Positions 24,968 through 39,900 of a stretch of DNA of 64,000 nt are shown here, in pieces. The stretch lies in NCBI GenBank assembly GCA_964247055.1, contig OZ176050.1, forward strand, positions 3,410,001 through 3,474,000, written 5' to 3'. The number at the start of each line of letters is the position of its first letter. Within the stretch, counting starts at the first letter, position 1. The notes beneath the pieces are model-generated. The model was given only the letters and a program-made list of their open reading frames with translations. It did no database searches and was not told the origin of the DNA. The stretch is from Paragordius varius (Eukaryota; Animalia; Nematomorpha). A program made the position numbers and the translations under genes.

Positions 24968-27900
24968 GTAAAAGTTGAAATTATACGGACAAAACGTTAA
25001 AATTAAAAGACAATCATATTTTCTTAATCTGGATTTATTTTAATTAACTCATTGTTTTGTTTTGCGACATGGGAATCAGACATGTAAATTGGTAATGCAC
25101 TCAATATTTTAAAATGTAATTATAAAGATTATGTAGTAATCAAAGTTCTAAAAGTATGGTTTATTAAAAAAAATTTGGCTTTTAATTTTTACGTTTTGTC
25201 CGTATAATTTCAATTTTTACTGCAAAATTATCATACCAGCTGGTGTACCAGCGGCCAATACACTTGTTGCAGGCAAGGCAGCTAAAATGTTAAATGGAGA
25301 AATAACTTTAATTTACAGACAAGGGTGTAAAGATATTTAATTTTAATAAAAATTATTATATATTTTAATACCAGATGCTATCGTTTCCTGTGGTTGAACA
25401 ACTTCAATTGGAGCTATAAACACATTTTTATATATAAAGCGGTTTATTATCAGATAATTTATTTTTTCAAATCGGCAATCTCATGTTTAAAAGGCGTAAA
25501 AAAATTAAAATCTACCTGAAGGACTTTCAACAGCCACGGGAGCTATGACTTGAGGGGTAGCTTCTGAAAAATATAACATTTTTAGTTAAAATGATTGAAC
25601 TTGAGAAAAAATTAAAATATTTAAAATACCTGATCCAGCTTCTCCCACCCCCAGAGCACCAGCGGCTGGCAAGGCGGCTATAAAAAATCGATAAAAAATA
25701 AATTATTTTTTTCCCAATTTCCGCCTTTTTTGTGGATGGATAATTATATTAATATTGCATATACAAATAAAATTTGAATACCAGAAGGAACAGCTTCAGT
25801 AGGTGGTTGTCCAGCAACTACGGGTGGCCCAGCTAAAATTATCGAAAAATATTTTATAACTGCCTATTGTAAAATTAACCTTAATTTTTAAATATTATTG
25901 AAATGAAATTTTTTGAAAATTAAATTAACCTTCTACAACGGTTTCAGATCCCGCTGGAACTGCAGTACCTGCTTCCCCGCTGGCTAAAACAAAATTATAG
26001 ATCAGATTAAATTAAAATCTCATAATTGTTTGCCTTTAATGTTTTTACCATATACTTATATTTTTTACCCTTTTGAAAGATGTTATTGCCTTAAGCTAGA
26101 TGTGGCTAACACACAAAAGGTAATAATTTGCTTTCTGGCATAAATTCTTTGTTAAAAAGCACATTTATTTAAATATTTTATAGGCAGCAACTATAATAGT
26201 ATAGAGAATTAGGCGCAGTTAAATTTGAATTAAATTGTTATTTCGATGTTTTTGTTTATAGGTTTTAAAAAGCTTCATTTATATATTGATATTGAATCTA
26301 ACAAAAAGATAATCTTTATAGTAAAGTATGCGTACTCTAGAAAATTCTTGCTATAAAAAACGGAGATCTATTGTAAAATCGCTGTTAGAAATATTTCTTT
26401 TATTCAACTTAAAATTTAATGTTTACAGGACTTCCTAGTTTTCTTGATACAAATTGTGCAATTTAAATAATTTTTGTGGTCATTTATTGATATAAATTTA
26501 AAATAATTAGGAAATGTGACATAACCCCAAACAACCCGAATTTTCAAATACAATGGAACCGGTACCAAACTAATTTTTTTTAATAAAGTCAAAAATACCA
26601 CTTTGTAAGTATGTGGAATCCATAACAAAAAATGTTAGAATACAGTCCCAGTTCCAATACATTGTTTTCTATCATTTGCAATTCAAGACATGAATATTTT
26701 AAATTTATTTTGCACACTTTAAGTTTGTCCTTCAACTATTTGGTTTTGTTTTTACTTTTTATCAACCAAATCTATATCATTCATCTAGTTTGTCATTTTT
26801 AACATATATTCTACATTAACATAGATTTTAAAAGATTATCAGCTTTTAATTATTCAGAAACCGTATATTTTTATTAATTTCTTAGAAAATATTTTAATTT
26901 ATAAGATTTTAACACGTAATTAAAAAATATATATATATATATATATATATATGTTTCCGGGTTATTATTTAGAATTTTTTATTATAAACATTTATATTTT
27001 TTTTGAATTGGAAAAGATTAGTTGGAAACAAAAAAGTGGTTTTTGAATAAAAAAAATTATTTTTTTAAGGAATAAATATATAATAAAAGAAAATTAGGTT
27101 AAAATATAATTAAACAAAAAAATGAATGCAAAAATTATGGTTAAATTAAAACTTAATTTTTTAAGGACACCTTGAAGTGTTGAGGGACCAACTTAAAGTG
27201 AACGACCAACTTGAAATGTTCAAGGACCAATAGAGTGTTCAGGATATGGTATATTTTAATTAGTTGAAATAACCAATTATTGCTCTCTCACTTAATAAAA
27301 TTGATAATTTGAGCAAATTTATTATAACAAACTTTATCGATTTATGTATAAAAATAAGACTAGTATTTACAGGTAGGTATTGATGAGGCGATTTTTTGTT
27401 AGTTAGTACAGATATTGTGGGTTAATACTTTACTTACAATATTATAAATTATTTCACAATTATATTTGAGATGAGTGCATAATAAATTAAAATCCCGTGA
27501 TAATTTAAGAGTATGCGTGCTTGAGATAACTAATTCTAAATGGCGTTTAACCTGCGGGTGTGGGTTGGACGACGACAGGAGTTCCTTCAACTACGCCTAA
27601 TTTAAATTAAAAATATAATAATTTCCTTTAAAGACAATTTTTTGAATATTGGATATAGGAAAAAGTCTTTTACTTAGAGAAGCACATCAGATAATTTTTA
27701 ACCATATTAACCGAAATTTTACATTATTTGTCATAATAATTAAGAAGTTACAAATATAATTAAAATTTGATTTATGCCAATTATAATTATACAAGACAAC
27801 ACGGATAGCAAATGCTAGTATTAATGTTAATTTAACAAAACACTTATTCATAAAAAACACCCGTATAAACTCGGCCATGCAGTATTTTTTTAAATTTGCG

Positions 27901-30900
27901 TGAGAGTAAAATTGACTACACAATATATTTATTTAAAAGAATTTTATTGTTGAGTTTTTGAAATATACTAGAAATAACAAAACCTATCAGAAACTCACAA
28001 TGAACAGTTTGACTGCATGCGGTTCAGCCAATGAATGCATGCTAAACATTTTATTATTTAACACAAAAAATGATGTACTGTGGGATTATTTTAATTACGA
28101 TTCATGGAAATAAACTACTTCGTATGAAATTAGTTTAGGTGATAATAACCTTTGATAATGTGGTTAAAAAGATTTTTCATAATAAAAAAATATAGAAAAG
28201 GGTTGTATTCAAGGGAAATTTTAACAAATACCGCTCTCTACCTAAAATACCCCTTAACAAAAATGGTAAAGTTCGCTTAAAAATAAGATGAAATATTTGA
28301 AAAATAAATATTTAAGAAGTAAATACTTGCGGGCGCAACACCTTCCGCTCCTCCAACAGCTAGTGGTACCACAGCTACAATTATAAAAATTATTGGATAT
28401 TAATAACAAATTTGAATCTTTATACATCGTAATATTATACATAAATGGTTTTGGAATGAGTTAAAATTATCTTAGTTTAGAAAATTAGGTTCAGAAAGAA
28501 ATTCACTTTGCTTAAATCCATCATGCTCGAATTTATGACATGATTTAGCATTTTCTTTTAAACAAGTTTAATTATTCGATATTTGTTAACTTTTCAAGGG
28601 AATATATTCTTATTGATAGTTAAAGAATTATATTAAAACCAATATTTTATTAATATCAAATCGAATTAGAATGGTTATTTAATATTTTATTTTTTAGTGG
28701 ATAAAATTAATTTTTTGTTATGAATCTAATTTAAAATCCCTCATTATGAAATTTAAGATGTAGCCTGCCGAAACGGTCATAAACATAATTTATCCATTTC
28801 AAAAATTTCATATAAAATAATATTTTACCCGGTGCAACGCTCTCGGTGGCTAAGGGAGCAGCTTCAGTCGCTATTTTTTAAAACAAAACATAATATACTA
28901 TATTTAAAAGAGAAATATAAATTTTGCAATGCTCATAACCTAATTTTTAATTAATAAAATTACTTTTAAATGCAAAAAATTAATTTATATAGATGTTTAC
29001 CTGGTGGCACAACGGCGGCAGGGACAGCTGCTTCTGTAGCTTTATATAAATAAATTAATAAAATTTGTTGTTTATAGAAAATAATTTAAATTTTATCTAT
29101 AAACTTACAAAAAGTAAATTTTACAAAATTTAAAATACGCACCTGGTGGAACTGCTTCTACGGCTGGTGGCGCTCCTCCCTCTGCTATATATTTAAATAA
29201 TAAAATTTTCTTAGTTATAATTATTATGTACTAATTTTTAGAGAAGAAATGCATATTTTAAACAATATGTCCAAAAAATAGTGTAATAAAAATCAACCTG
29301 GTACAGCGGAGACAGTAACGGGTTGAGCTATTATTTTATAGAAAATAAATTTAACAAATTATTAAAACATTAATTACCTAACCAAAATGAAAAAATTTAA
29401 TATAATATATTTAAAAACTTTCTGCTACAGACTCTATTTCATTATTTACTAAAAAATAAAAAACATTTACCTGGTGCACTGGCATCGACTATTGGCGCAA
29501 CTGCTCCTTCCACTGAAAAAATATTAATATATTTTAATTTTCTATCAAGATTACTAAAGGTTTAAGAGGCTTGAAAACTTAAAAAATGGAGAAATTAACA
29601 TTGGGGACGAATTACCTCCGTTATTTTATCAAAATTTATTTTTGCAGTTTATCATAAACTAAATTAAAAATCAAACATTTTACGGATCAAACCTTTTTAA
29701 TTTAATTTTTATAAAAGGCAAAATTTATTGATTTCAAAAAATTTAATGATTTATTCTAAATTACCATCTAAATTCAATTTTACCTGGAGCCACTACGGTA
29801 GCTTCAGCAGGTTGAGCTGTAACAATAAAAATTAATTAATTGATAAAAATGATTGCCAAATTTAATAATAAATATATTTATAAACACAGTGTGAAAAAAA
29901 TAGGGTTTATTTTTTATTAAAAAATTTGTTTCATGAGATACCTTATAACCAGCGAATTCCTTTGCCGAAGATAATTTCATTGTCGACGTCCTAGTTTTAA
30001 GATATTGAAAGAAAATCGAAATTGGACAAATAAAAATTAAAAAATAATTGAAAAATAATGACAAACGTGGGATATTAAATTTTATCATTTTATCAGATTA
30101 AAATTTATAAAAGCCTAAAATCATATAGTTAATGTTTTTATTAAAACTCAGATCAATAATTCGTGTTCCCTCAATATACTTACTAAAAAAATCTTACGAA
30201 ACTATAATAACATAATTTTTTTAATTATTTACTAGCTAAACTCCCTAATAATATCGTAATCAAATTTTATACAGTAATGGTTTATATCAAAATAAAATTA
30301 ATAAAATATTTTTTATTTTTTTTACATCTGTTTCATGAGTGTATAAATTTACTGTTGTTTTGGACCAAAAATAACAAAATATATATATTAATACAAAATA
30401 TTATTTACAAGTAGTGGAATATCAACCAATCATACAAATCCCAGTTATATATTGTTTTAACACAAATTGATATTTTACTGGGATTTGTGCGGATTTTTGT
30501 TGATATACTACTTAACCCTATTTTGTCTTCATTTATATATTCTGAAATCCGTTCATGTAGGATTCCAAAGTAAAACAGTATATTAATTATACACTCATAA
30601 ACCAGATTACAAAAAATAAAAAAACAATATTTCATAAATTTTATTTTGATATATAATTTATTTTTATTGTATAAAATATGAATGTTAAGATTTTAATAGT
30701 GAGTTTAATAGTATAATTTAAATTAATATAGTTTCATAAATCGTGCATTAAGTACTTTAAAGAAAACCCGAATTAGGATTTGAGCTTTGATAAAAACCTT
30801 AATTATATAATTTTACAATTTATAATCTATAAATATCCGATAAAATGATAGCAAATCTTAATTTATCCTTATTTTTAGTTTTTGCCCAATTTCGATTTTA

Positions 30901-33900
30901 CGATATTTCAAAAACAAGGTCGTCAAAAAATTTTGTGGCAAATGAATACGCTAGTTATAAGATATCCCATGAAAAAAAATTTTTTTGTTAATTTAATTTT
31001 TTTGCACGCAGTTAATAATTTATACCAAAAATTATAAAACATTAAAGTTAGTTTGATACCTGGTGCAACTCCTTCAGTAACGGCAGGCGTTGCTCCTTCC
31101 GCTATTTATTTAAATAATTTATATAATATATATACCCAAAAATACATCCAATCTCTATTATTTATGTAAATACATTTTTATTTCTTTCATAATGTTCATA
31201 ATTGTGTTTTTATTTTTTTAGTTTAATTAAAAATTCAAATTTTTATTTGATTATGTTTGGATGAAAAAATTTAAAATTTACCAGGGGCGGCGGCTTCAAC
31301 AGCAGGAACTGGAGCTAAAATTAATGGATGAAACAATATGTATGAATAATAATTGTGAATTACATTTTTTTTAAAAAAAAATAAAATTTACCCGGAGCAG
31401 CGGCTTCAACAACAGGAGCTGGAGCTAAAATCACAATATAAATATTGAAAATAGCTCGTAATTGATAAAATATAATTTTTTAAATAAGGTTTTAATAGTG
31501 ATATTACCGGGTGCGATTGCTTCTCCTGATGAGACTGCTCCAACAACTAAAATTTATTGTAAAAATAATTCAATCAAATTAATTTTAATAATACGAAATT
31601 TAAACCAGTTCACTAGCACATTTATTTTAACTTAACATTAAATACTCTAAAATACATGGATGACATTGAATTTATTGGTTAATAAAGTTTTCTTTTTGAA
31701 TTTGAAGTTAATTCGATACTTTATCGGCCTTTAAATTTACAAATTTATCCTAAACCAAAAGAAACCTTACAAAAATATATCATTTTGTTAGATTGCTTAC
31801 TCAAGGATATATTTAAAATTCGATTCTTACTAATTAACAGTCCCTATATATTTAAAGAATAAACGTAAAATAATTTAAAAAGTAATCATTAATTAAGACA
31901 TTCAAATATAAATTATTAATATACCTGGTGCAATTCCTTCAGTACTTGCTGGTGCCGCAACTTCAACTATTATAAAAAATTAAGTTTTTTTTATTTAATA
32001 TTATTTTTGACAAATAATTTGTGAATTACGCTTTAAAATTATTAAAATTTCATAAAAACTTAAAATAAATTATTTATTACCTGGTGGAGTTTCAACAACT
32101 GGTGAGGGGGCCACGCCTTTTGAATTTAAATAAAATATGTTATAATATAATTATACAATTAATTTTTGGTTTTGGCCGATTCGCAATACAGTAGCGTATG
32201 GGTAAAACAACAAATGATTGAAATTATCTTACAACATTAAGTTTTATTTAATTATAACAAAATTTGTTTGATATACGATATTGTATTCTAATATTTACTA
32301 ACTAAACTCAATATTAAAACCTTAACATCCATATTTCATACAGAAAAAATAAATTATATATCAATATAAAATAAATAAAATTTTATTTTTTATTTTTTCA
32401 TTTGGTTTAATGCATATTAAAAATTTTTTATTTTCAATACATGAGCGGTTATTACAGAGTACATAAATTACAACAAAATGGTACACGCAGTGGAATGTCA
32501 ACCAACAACGCGTACAAACCCCAATAAAAATATAAATTAGTTTTAAAACAAACTTGTTACAGGATTAGTACGGATCGTTGGTTAATATTAAACTACTTGT
32601 AAATCCTATTTTGTAATAATTTTTATATTCCAAAATAAAACAGTAAATTTATTATACACTCATAAACCAGATGACAAAAAAATAAAAAAAACAATATTTT
32701 ATTAATTTTATTTTGATATATAAGTTTTTTTACTGAGAAAAATAATGTAAAGATTTTATTGAGTTTATCTAGTACATAATTGAAAATAATTATTTTGATA
32801 TACCTCATAAAAATATTCATATAAAGTAGGTAATCGAAAAACGCGATTTTTTCATCTGAGTTTTGATAACAACTGATTAGGATATTTACATATTGTAATC
32901 TGATTAAATTATTATACACTCATGTTAAAAATATCTTTTTTTAATCATTAATTGTCCTTATGTTTCACTTTTTGCCCAATTTCGATTTTGTCTCAATATT
33001 CAACCTGGTCATCAACTGCGGCAAATGAATTCGCTCGTTATAAGTCTCATGATTAAAAATTTTTGTTAGAATTTTTTTGGACACAGTGTAATGTGCATAC
33101 TGTAGCAATATATAAAAATTTGTTTACCAGTGGTGACTCCTTCTCCAGATGGGACTGCTCCGGCCACTAAAGATAACAAACAACAAATTTTTAAATACTA
33201 TATTATAAATATAATTTAAGGAATAAATAATTTGTCAAGTGTAATGATGAAGTATTAATCCTCGATCAAAAATTCATCGGAACCGATTATGAATATAAAT
33301 CATAATGTTTCATACAACAAACACAATTATACCTCAACTTAAATAAAAATAATTTAATCAAGGTAATATATTGAGTGCAAATATATAAAAATTTAATTGA
33401 ATTTCAAAATAGTTAAAGTATTTCTTAAATTAAATTTTATTGCGACAAACCTGGTGCTGCTGCAGTTTCGGCACCTGTCGCTGGCTGAATCACTTCTGTT
33501 CCTAAATATAAAAAATAATAAAATTAGAAATTATAAATAAATTATTAAAAATCGAAATAGATATTTGAATAATAAACCTGGTACTGCTACTGTTTCTGTG
33601 ACCGGGGTCGCGACAACGGCTCCAGATGCTAAAAAATATTGATAAATTGAATAAAGGAAGTCAACAAAACATGAATGTGATCTTATATTCCTTGATTGTT
33701 GAATTTAAAAAATGATTTATTATGTAAATTTTTAATCATTAAAATATTCAATATACCTGGTGCAACAGTTTCCGCCCCAGTAACAGGAACCGGTACTGCT
33801 ATAATATAAGAAAAATTTTTTTAAAGGAATAATTTAGTATCTGAATAGCTGTCCAAATTATATTTATATTTTTCTATCTCCTATTTAAAAGTCTCCAAAA

Positions 33901-36900
33901 AAGTAGGAAAACTTATATTCAATTAAATTATGAATTTAGACAAATAATACCACATTAAAATTCGTAAACAATTCTAATTAATGAAAAAAACAAATTTTGA
34001 AAATATATTTAAATTTTAGTTCATTTAACCTGCTGGCGTTTCTGCTCCGACTACGGGTGCAACTCCCGGTACAACAGCTAATTATAATACAATAAATTTT
34101 TTAAAAATATCATTTTATAAAATTGTAATTAATATATATAAAAAAAATTTGCTTGTGTAATTAAAACATAAGTTAAGCCTTACCTCCAGTAGCGGGTACA
34201 GCCTCTGTCGCAATACCTATTTACAAACAATAAAGAAACATTAATAAAAAAATGTTTTGTAAATATTATTTATAGAAAATTATCAAATGAATTATAGTAA
34301 AATCTACCGGCTGGGACTGGAGTTTCAACACTACCAGCTACAAAATATTTAAAAGATTGAATTTTAAGAATTTTAGCACAATCATATAATTATTTGATAT
34401 TAATATATACCTGGCACAGCAGTTTCGGTACCGGGAACTATATATATATAATTTATAAGATAATGGAATAAAAATTAATAAAAAATTATGATAAAAATAT
34501 TTCTACCAGGGGGTAAGATAGCGCCAGGAATCGTAGTACCTCCAAACAAAGGACTCGCCCCATCTTGTGGAATGACTGTAGCTGTTTGCCCAGGTATGGC
34601 TGTTCCACCTTTATGCAAAACAAGAAAATTTTAGGATAACATATAAAATAAGGACCCCGTTGTTAAGCATGGAAAATAAAATAAAAATACAAAGCGTTAC
34701 CATGATGATGTATAATTTTTTACAAGTTTTTAAATATTGATTGAATAATATTAGAAATTTTGTAGAAATATTTGAATCATTATATATACCAAAAATAGGC
34801 GTAGCTCCTGGTTGGCCTGGTATGGTTTGGGCAGCTAATATCACATATAATAGAATAATAGCAATTGGAAAATTGATTTAAAATATTAAACTGTCGACAT
34901 AATATCGCAAACTCCAAGAAATTACTCGAATTTAAAAGGACAATATTAATATATAATTCAAGGTGATCCTATAAAAATATACCTCCAGGCAAGAGTTCAG
35001 ATCCTTCAAGTCCAGGGCTTATTCCAGCTGGTACACCTAAAATAAAGATTTTTTAGTTACACTTCTGAAACAGAATGACAGAGGTTAAAAAAACGGTTGT
35101 ATTTTTTTTCAATCTTTGATATTACGTTAATCTTAATTTTTATGCATTCAATTTTATTGAAATATAAAATTAATATTCAAATTTTTAAAATAAAACTAAC
35201 CTACAATGAAAATCGATGTTATGTCTTGTTTATATAATCTAATTGTATCAAAATTTAGGCTATCATAAAAATTAATATTAATGGCCCAAATCAGAACTAT
35301 TGGACCAAAAAACAGTCAAAGAAAACCATTTTATTGGCAAAAAAATCCATAACTGATAATCCCTATAAATAGTGCAACCAAAAACATAGAATGAAACTGG
35401 AGAAAAAAAATTGATTTGGTACTGGACAATTCTAATTCCTTCTTATCATTAGTTTATAAAACAAAATTATTTAGAAATATATGTGTTAAAAGATACCGCC
35501 TGGAACGAATTCTGAGCCTTCTTCGCCTGGGAATACACCTGTAGTACCAGGAACTCCTAAATTTAAACAATTGGTTAGCATTATCATTGTGCAATTTAAA
35601 AAAATTTAATGTCTCACAAATGGGGGTTTGACAATTTAACACATATACACACAACCAATTAAAATGTAATACAGTTAAACCTCTTTTTTGTGCGAACGGA
35701 TTTTGTGAGTCAAGGAATGTGTCTTTATTCTTTTTGTGCCAATTAATTTTTGTTTTATTTACAATTCCATTTTTGTTTAATCATTTTTATTTCGCACTAT
35801 GTTTATAATTTCCTGTCGAAACTTTACATCATAAAAAATTTGATATTATCCGCATCGGTAAAAATTCATAAAATTAAATAATTTCAAGTAATCACGCATT
35901 AAACGCCAAATTTTTAAAAGAAATCAGATGCCTTAACGCTAATTAGTGCTCCCAAATAATCCCACTCGGTGGTCTGTAATATCATAAAAACTAAACTTAG
36001 AAATATTATGTTACCAAAACTAATGATATTTTTTAGTATTTTAATTCTAAATTTGTCATACGCTTTACCATATTGGTTAACTCAAATATTTTGTGTATTA
36101 AAGGTAAAGGGTTTTTATGTTGCATTATGCTAGCTTACTCAAAAAATCAAAAAGCCAACATTTACATTATCATCAACACCAACTCATTTTGCTACATTTT
36201 TTATATAATCCATAAGGCATTTAAATTTGACTACTAAATAAAATTATAAGTATTGAAATTAAATGATTCTTAGAGCTATGAAAAAAATACCAGTTGGAAG
36301 TTCTGATCCTTCTACCCCAGCGGGAATCGGACTAGCGCCACCAGGAACCGCTGTTCCTAAAACAAAGTTTTAAAATTGTTAGCCAAAAAATTCTATAGAC
36401 TATTCATTTAACCAAAATTTGATGTATACCAAAATATTACCTTGGGCAGGTAAAGCAGCACTGCCTTCTGCTGGCGTAACTTGTCCTGGAACCACCCCTA
36501 CACATTTATTTATAAAAATAAGAAATTTTTTAAAGGATAATTTTAGAGGAAAAAAATGTTTCTAAAAAAATATTCGTACCTGGAGTAGCGCCCACCACGC
36601 CAGGAATCACAGATGCGCCACCTGGCTGTTGCGCTTCTAAAAAATAAAAAAAATTACACAAATATTGTTTTTTAAATTCGAGTCGGATTTATTAATAACA
36701 AATAAAAAGTATATTTAGATCCCCAAATTATAAACCTGGAGTGATGAGTGCTGCGCCTTCAACTACTCCTGGGACAACTTGAGTTGCTCCTCCTTATAGT
36801 AAATATGTAATATGATAATTATATGGAAATTTAATTATATTTATGTCTTTTATTATCTCATTGCCATACTTTAACCATATAATAATTAGGAAAGTTTGTA

Positions 36901-39900
36901 AAATTAAAATATTTCAGTAATGTAAAAAAACCTACTTATATAGAAATTATGAAAATGAAAATATTAAGAAAGATATACCTTCTACAAGCTCTGACCCTTC
37001 AACTCCAGCTGGAATCGGACTTGGACCGGGTATAGCTCCTATTAATTAAAATTTATCTTATAATTTAATACATTTTCGTATTAACTGGTTAAAAACCATT
37101 TTATATTAATAAAAAATCATATTTGGAAAATTAAAAATGATCCTATTTCTGTAACCATTTTAAATTAAAAAAAAATTTATTGCCCTATAATATATTAAAG
37201 GTGTATGATAATTTTTCTGTAAACTGGTTACCTCCTTGAGCCTCTACAGTTCCTGGGATAACTTCAGTCCCATCCACAGCTAAATAATTCGTTTATAAAA
37301 AAAATACGACTTTCAAAAATATTTAGTAAATTTTGTCAAAAAAGATCACAACAAATCAAAATTATAATAAAAACTTTGTACTTAAAAATTAAAATATAAA
37401 TATATAGAAGACAAACCGGGTGAGGCTGTCTGAGCACCTCCAACGACTCCTGGTACAACCACAGCACCTCCTAAAAAAAGATTTATAAAATGTCTGGAAA
37501 TGCACAATAAGTCGGTTTTAACATTACAAAATTTATTTGTAATATATTGAAACAATTTGGTTTTAACAATATTAAGCGTCGAATCCTATAATAAATACCT
37601 GCTGGAGGAACCGCTGCAGTTCCTTCCACTGTTCCAGGAATGACTTGGGTACCTGCGCCTATTATAAAATATATAATTTTAAGTACAAATAAAAATAATT
37701 TGTAGAATTCTGACAAACTCCCATTTTAAGCAATATTGCTAATAGTATTAAAAAATTTCTTTTATAGATGCCCTTTTTAACATTTTTTAATATTAATTAA
37801 ACATTAGTCAAATAAGAGCAATCATTTTAAAAAATAACCTTCAGGTGGTAGAGAAGTTCCTGCGCCTTCAACTCCTGGGACAACTTGAGTTGCTCCACCT
37901 AATAGTTAATATGTAATATATAATTATATGGAAATTTAATGTTAACCGTTAAGATTCTATTTATTCTTTTATTATCTCATTGCCATACTTTAACCATAAA
38001 ATAATTAGGAAAGTTTGTAAAAATAAAATATTTTAGTGATGGAGAAAACCTATTTATATGGAAATTATTTAATAAAAATTTAAGAAATATATACCTTCTA
38101 TAAGCTCTGACCCTTCAACCCCAGCTGGAATCGGACTTGGACCGGGTAGAGCTCCTATTATTTAAAATTTATTTTATAATTTAATGCAAATTTTCGTAAT
38201 AACTGGTTAAAAAATACTTTATAATAAAAGATCATATTTGGAAAATTAAAAATGATCATTTTTCTGTTACCATTTTAAATTAAGAAAAACCTATTGCCAT
38301 ATAATAGCTTAAAAGTGTATGATAATAATTCTGTAAACTGGTTACCTCCTTGAGCGCCCTCTACAGTTCCCGAGATAACTTCAGTCCCATCCACAGCTTA
38401 ATAATTCGTTTATAAAAAAAATACGACTTTCAAAAAAATATTTAGTGAATTTTGTCAAAAAAGATCACAACAAATCAAAATTAGAATCAAAATATTGTAT
38501 TTAAAAATTAAAATATAATTATAGAGAAGACAAACCGGGTGTGGCGGGCTGAGCACCATCAACGACCCCTGGTACTACCACAGCGCCTCCTATTATTAAA
38601 AAAAGATTTATAAAATGTCTAGAAATGCACAATGAGTCGGTTTAAAAAAAAATTTAGAATTTTTAACAGTACAAATTTCATTTGTAATTTATTGAAATAA
38701 ATTGATTACAATACTAACGGTCGAATCCTATAAATACCTGCTGGAGGAACCGCTGCAGTTCCTTCTACTGTTCCGGGAATGGCTTGGGTTTCTGCGCCTA
38801 TTATAAAATATAATATTTTAAGTGAAAATAAAATAATTTTCGAAATTCTGACAAATTCCGACAGTATTATTGCTTATAATAATATATTGAAAAACTTTCT
38901 TTTATATATGCCCTTTTTATCATTTTTTAATATTAATTAAACAAGTAATAATTCAAAAAATAACCTTGGGGTGTTAGAGAAGTTCCTGCGCCTTCTACGA
39001 CACCTGGAACGACCTGGGTTGCGCCGGCATCTAATAATATGGCAAAATATGTAAGTTTATAGTTATCATTTAAAGAATATAATTTATGACACTGAATGTA
39101 AATAATTAAGGTAGTTGCCATATAAAATTTATTTTTTATAAATTATATACCCGGTTGGCTGGTTAATTCGGTTCCTTCTACTGTGCCGGGAACAATGCTT
39201 TCACCTGTGGCTAAAATATATATAGAAATTATTTTCAAATCAAGTAACCAATAATATATAATATATACCGCCAGGAACTGGGGTAATTTCGGACCCTTCT
39301 ACTCCAGCAGGTAATGGAGATACGGCTCCTATAAAAATAAATAATTTAGTATAGCTCTAAAAATATTATTTTAAAAAATTTAAGAAAAAACCTGGTTGAG
39401 CACCTTCAACAACTCCAGGAACAACTACTGCTCCACCTGTTGTTTCAAAAAAATTCATTTTATTTAATTTTTCTATGGTAAAATGAAAAATTTATCGGTA
39501 AAAAAAGTTAATTAGTTATTATCGTACGTTATTTTTTGGCTTTATATTGCTTACATTCGATAGTGTGAGTTTACTTTTTTATATAGTGAAACTTTTTTAT
39601 ATATGACCATTTTGAAATTTATTTTTTTATCTTACTGTAAAAAATTTAATATTTTAAATGAAAAACCCACCAGGTATAGTTGTCGGGGTAGCTGTCCCTT
39701 CTACGGCACCGGGTAATTGAGACGCAGCTTTAATAAATATTAAAAATATATTTTAGTTTAAACTTCCAATATATTTTGTTGTAATAATATTTTTATACAA
39801 AAAACAGTTGAATAACCATTTACCTCCAGGTTGAGGAGTTTCAGCTCCTTCAACGACTCCTGGAACTACAGTACTGCCGGTTCCATCTAATGCAAAAACA

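Noticed and set aside
27165-27250. About four degenerate ~20-bp repeats (ggaccaacttgaagtgttca-like) in an intron
   Set aside because: Short and degenerate, with no valid phase-1 exon. Treated as an ordinary decayed minisatellite.
25000-35700. Numerous 60-100-aa F/I/L/K/N/Y-rich ORFs in the track (e.g. 26416, 27687, 29804, 30405, 32623)
   Set aside because: They are chance ORFs of AT-rich intron or TE sequence. Only the short embedded Pro/Gly/Ala/Val stretches correspond to real exons.
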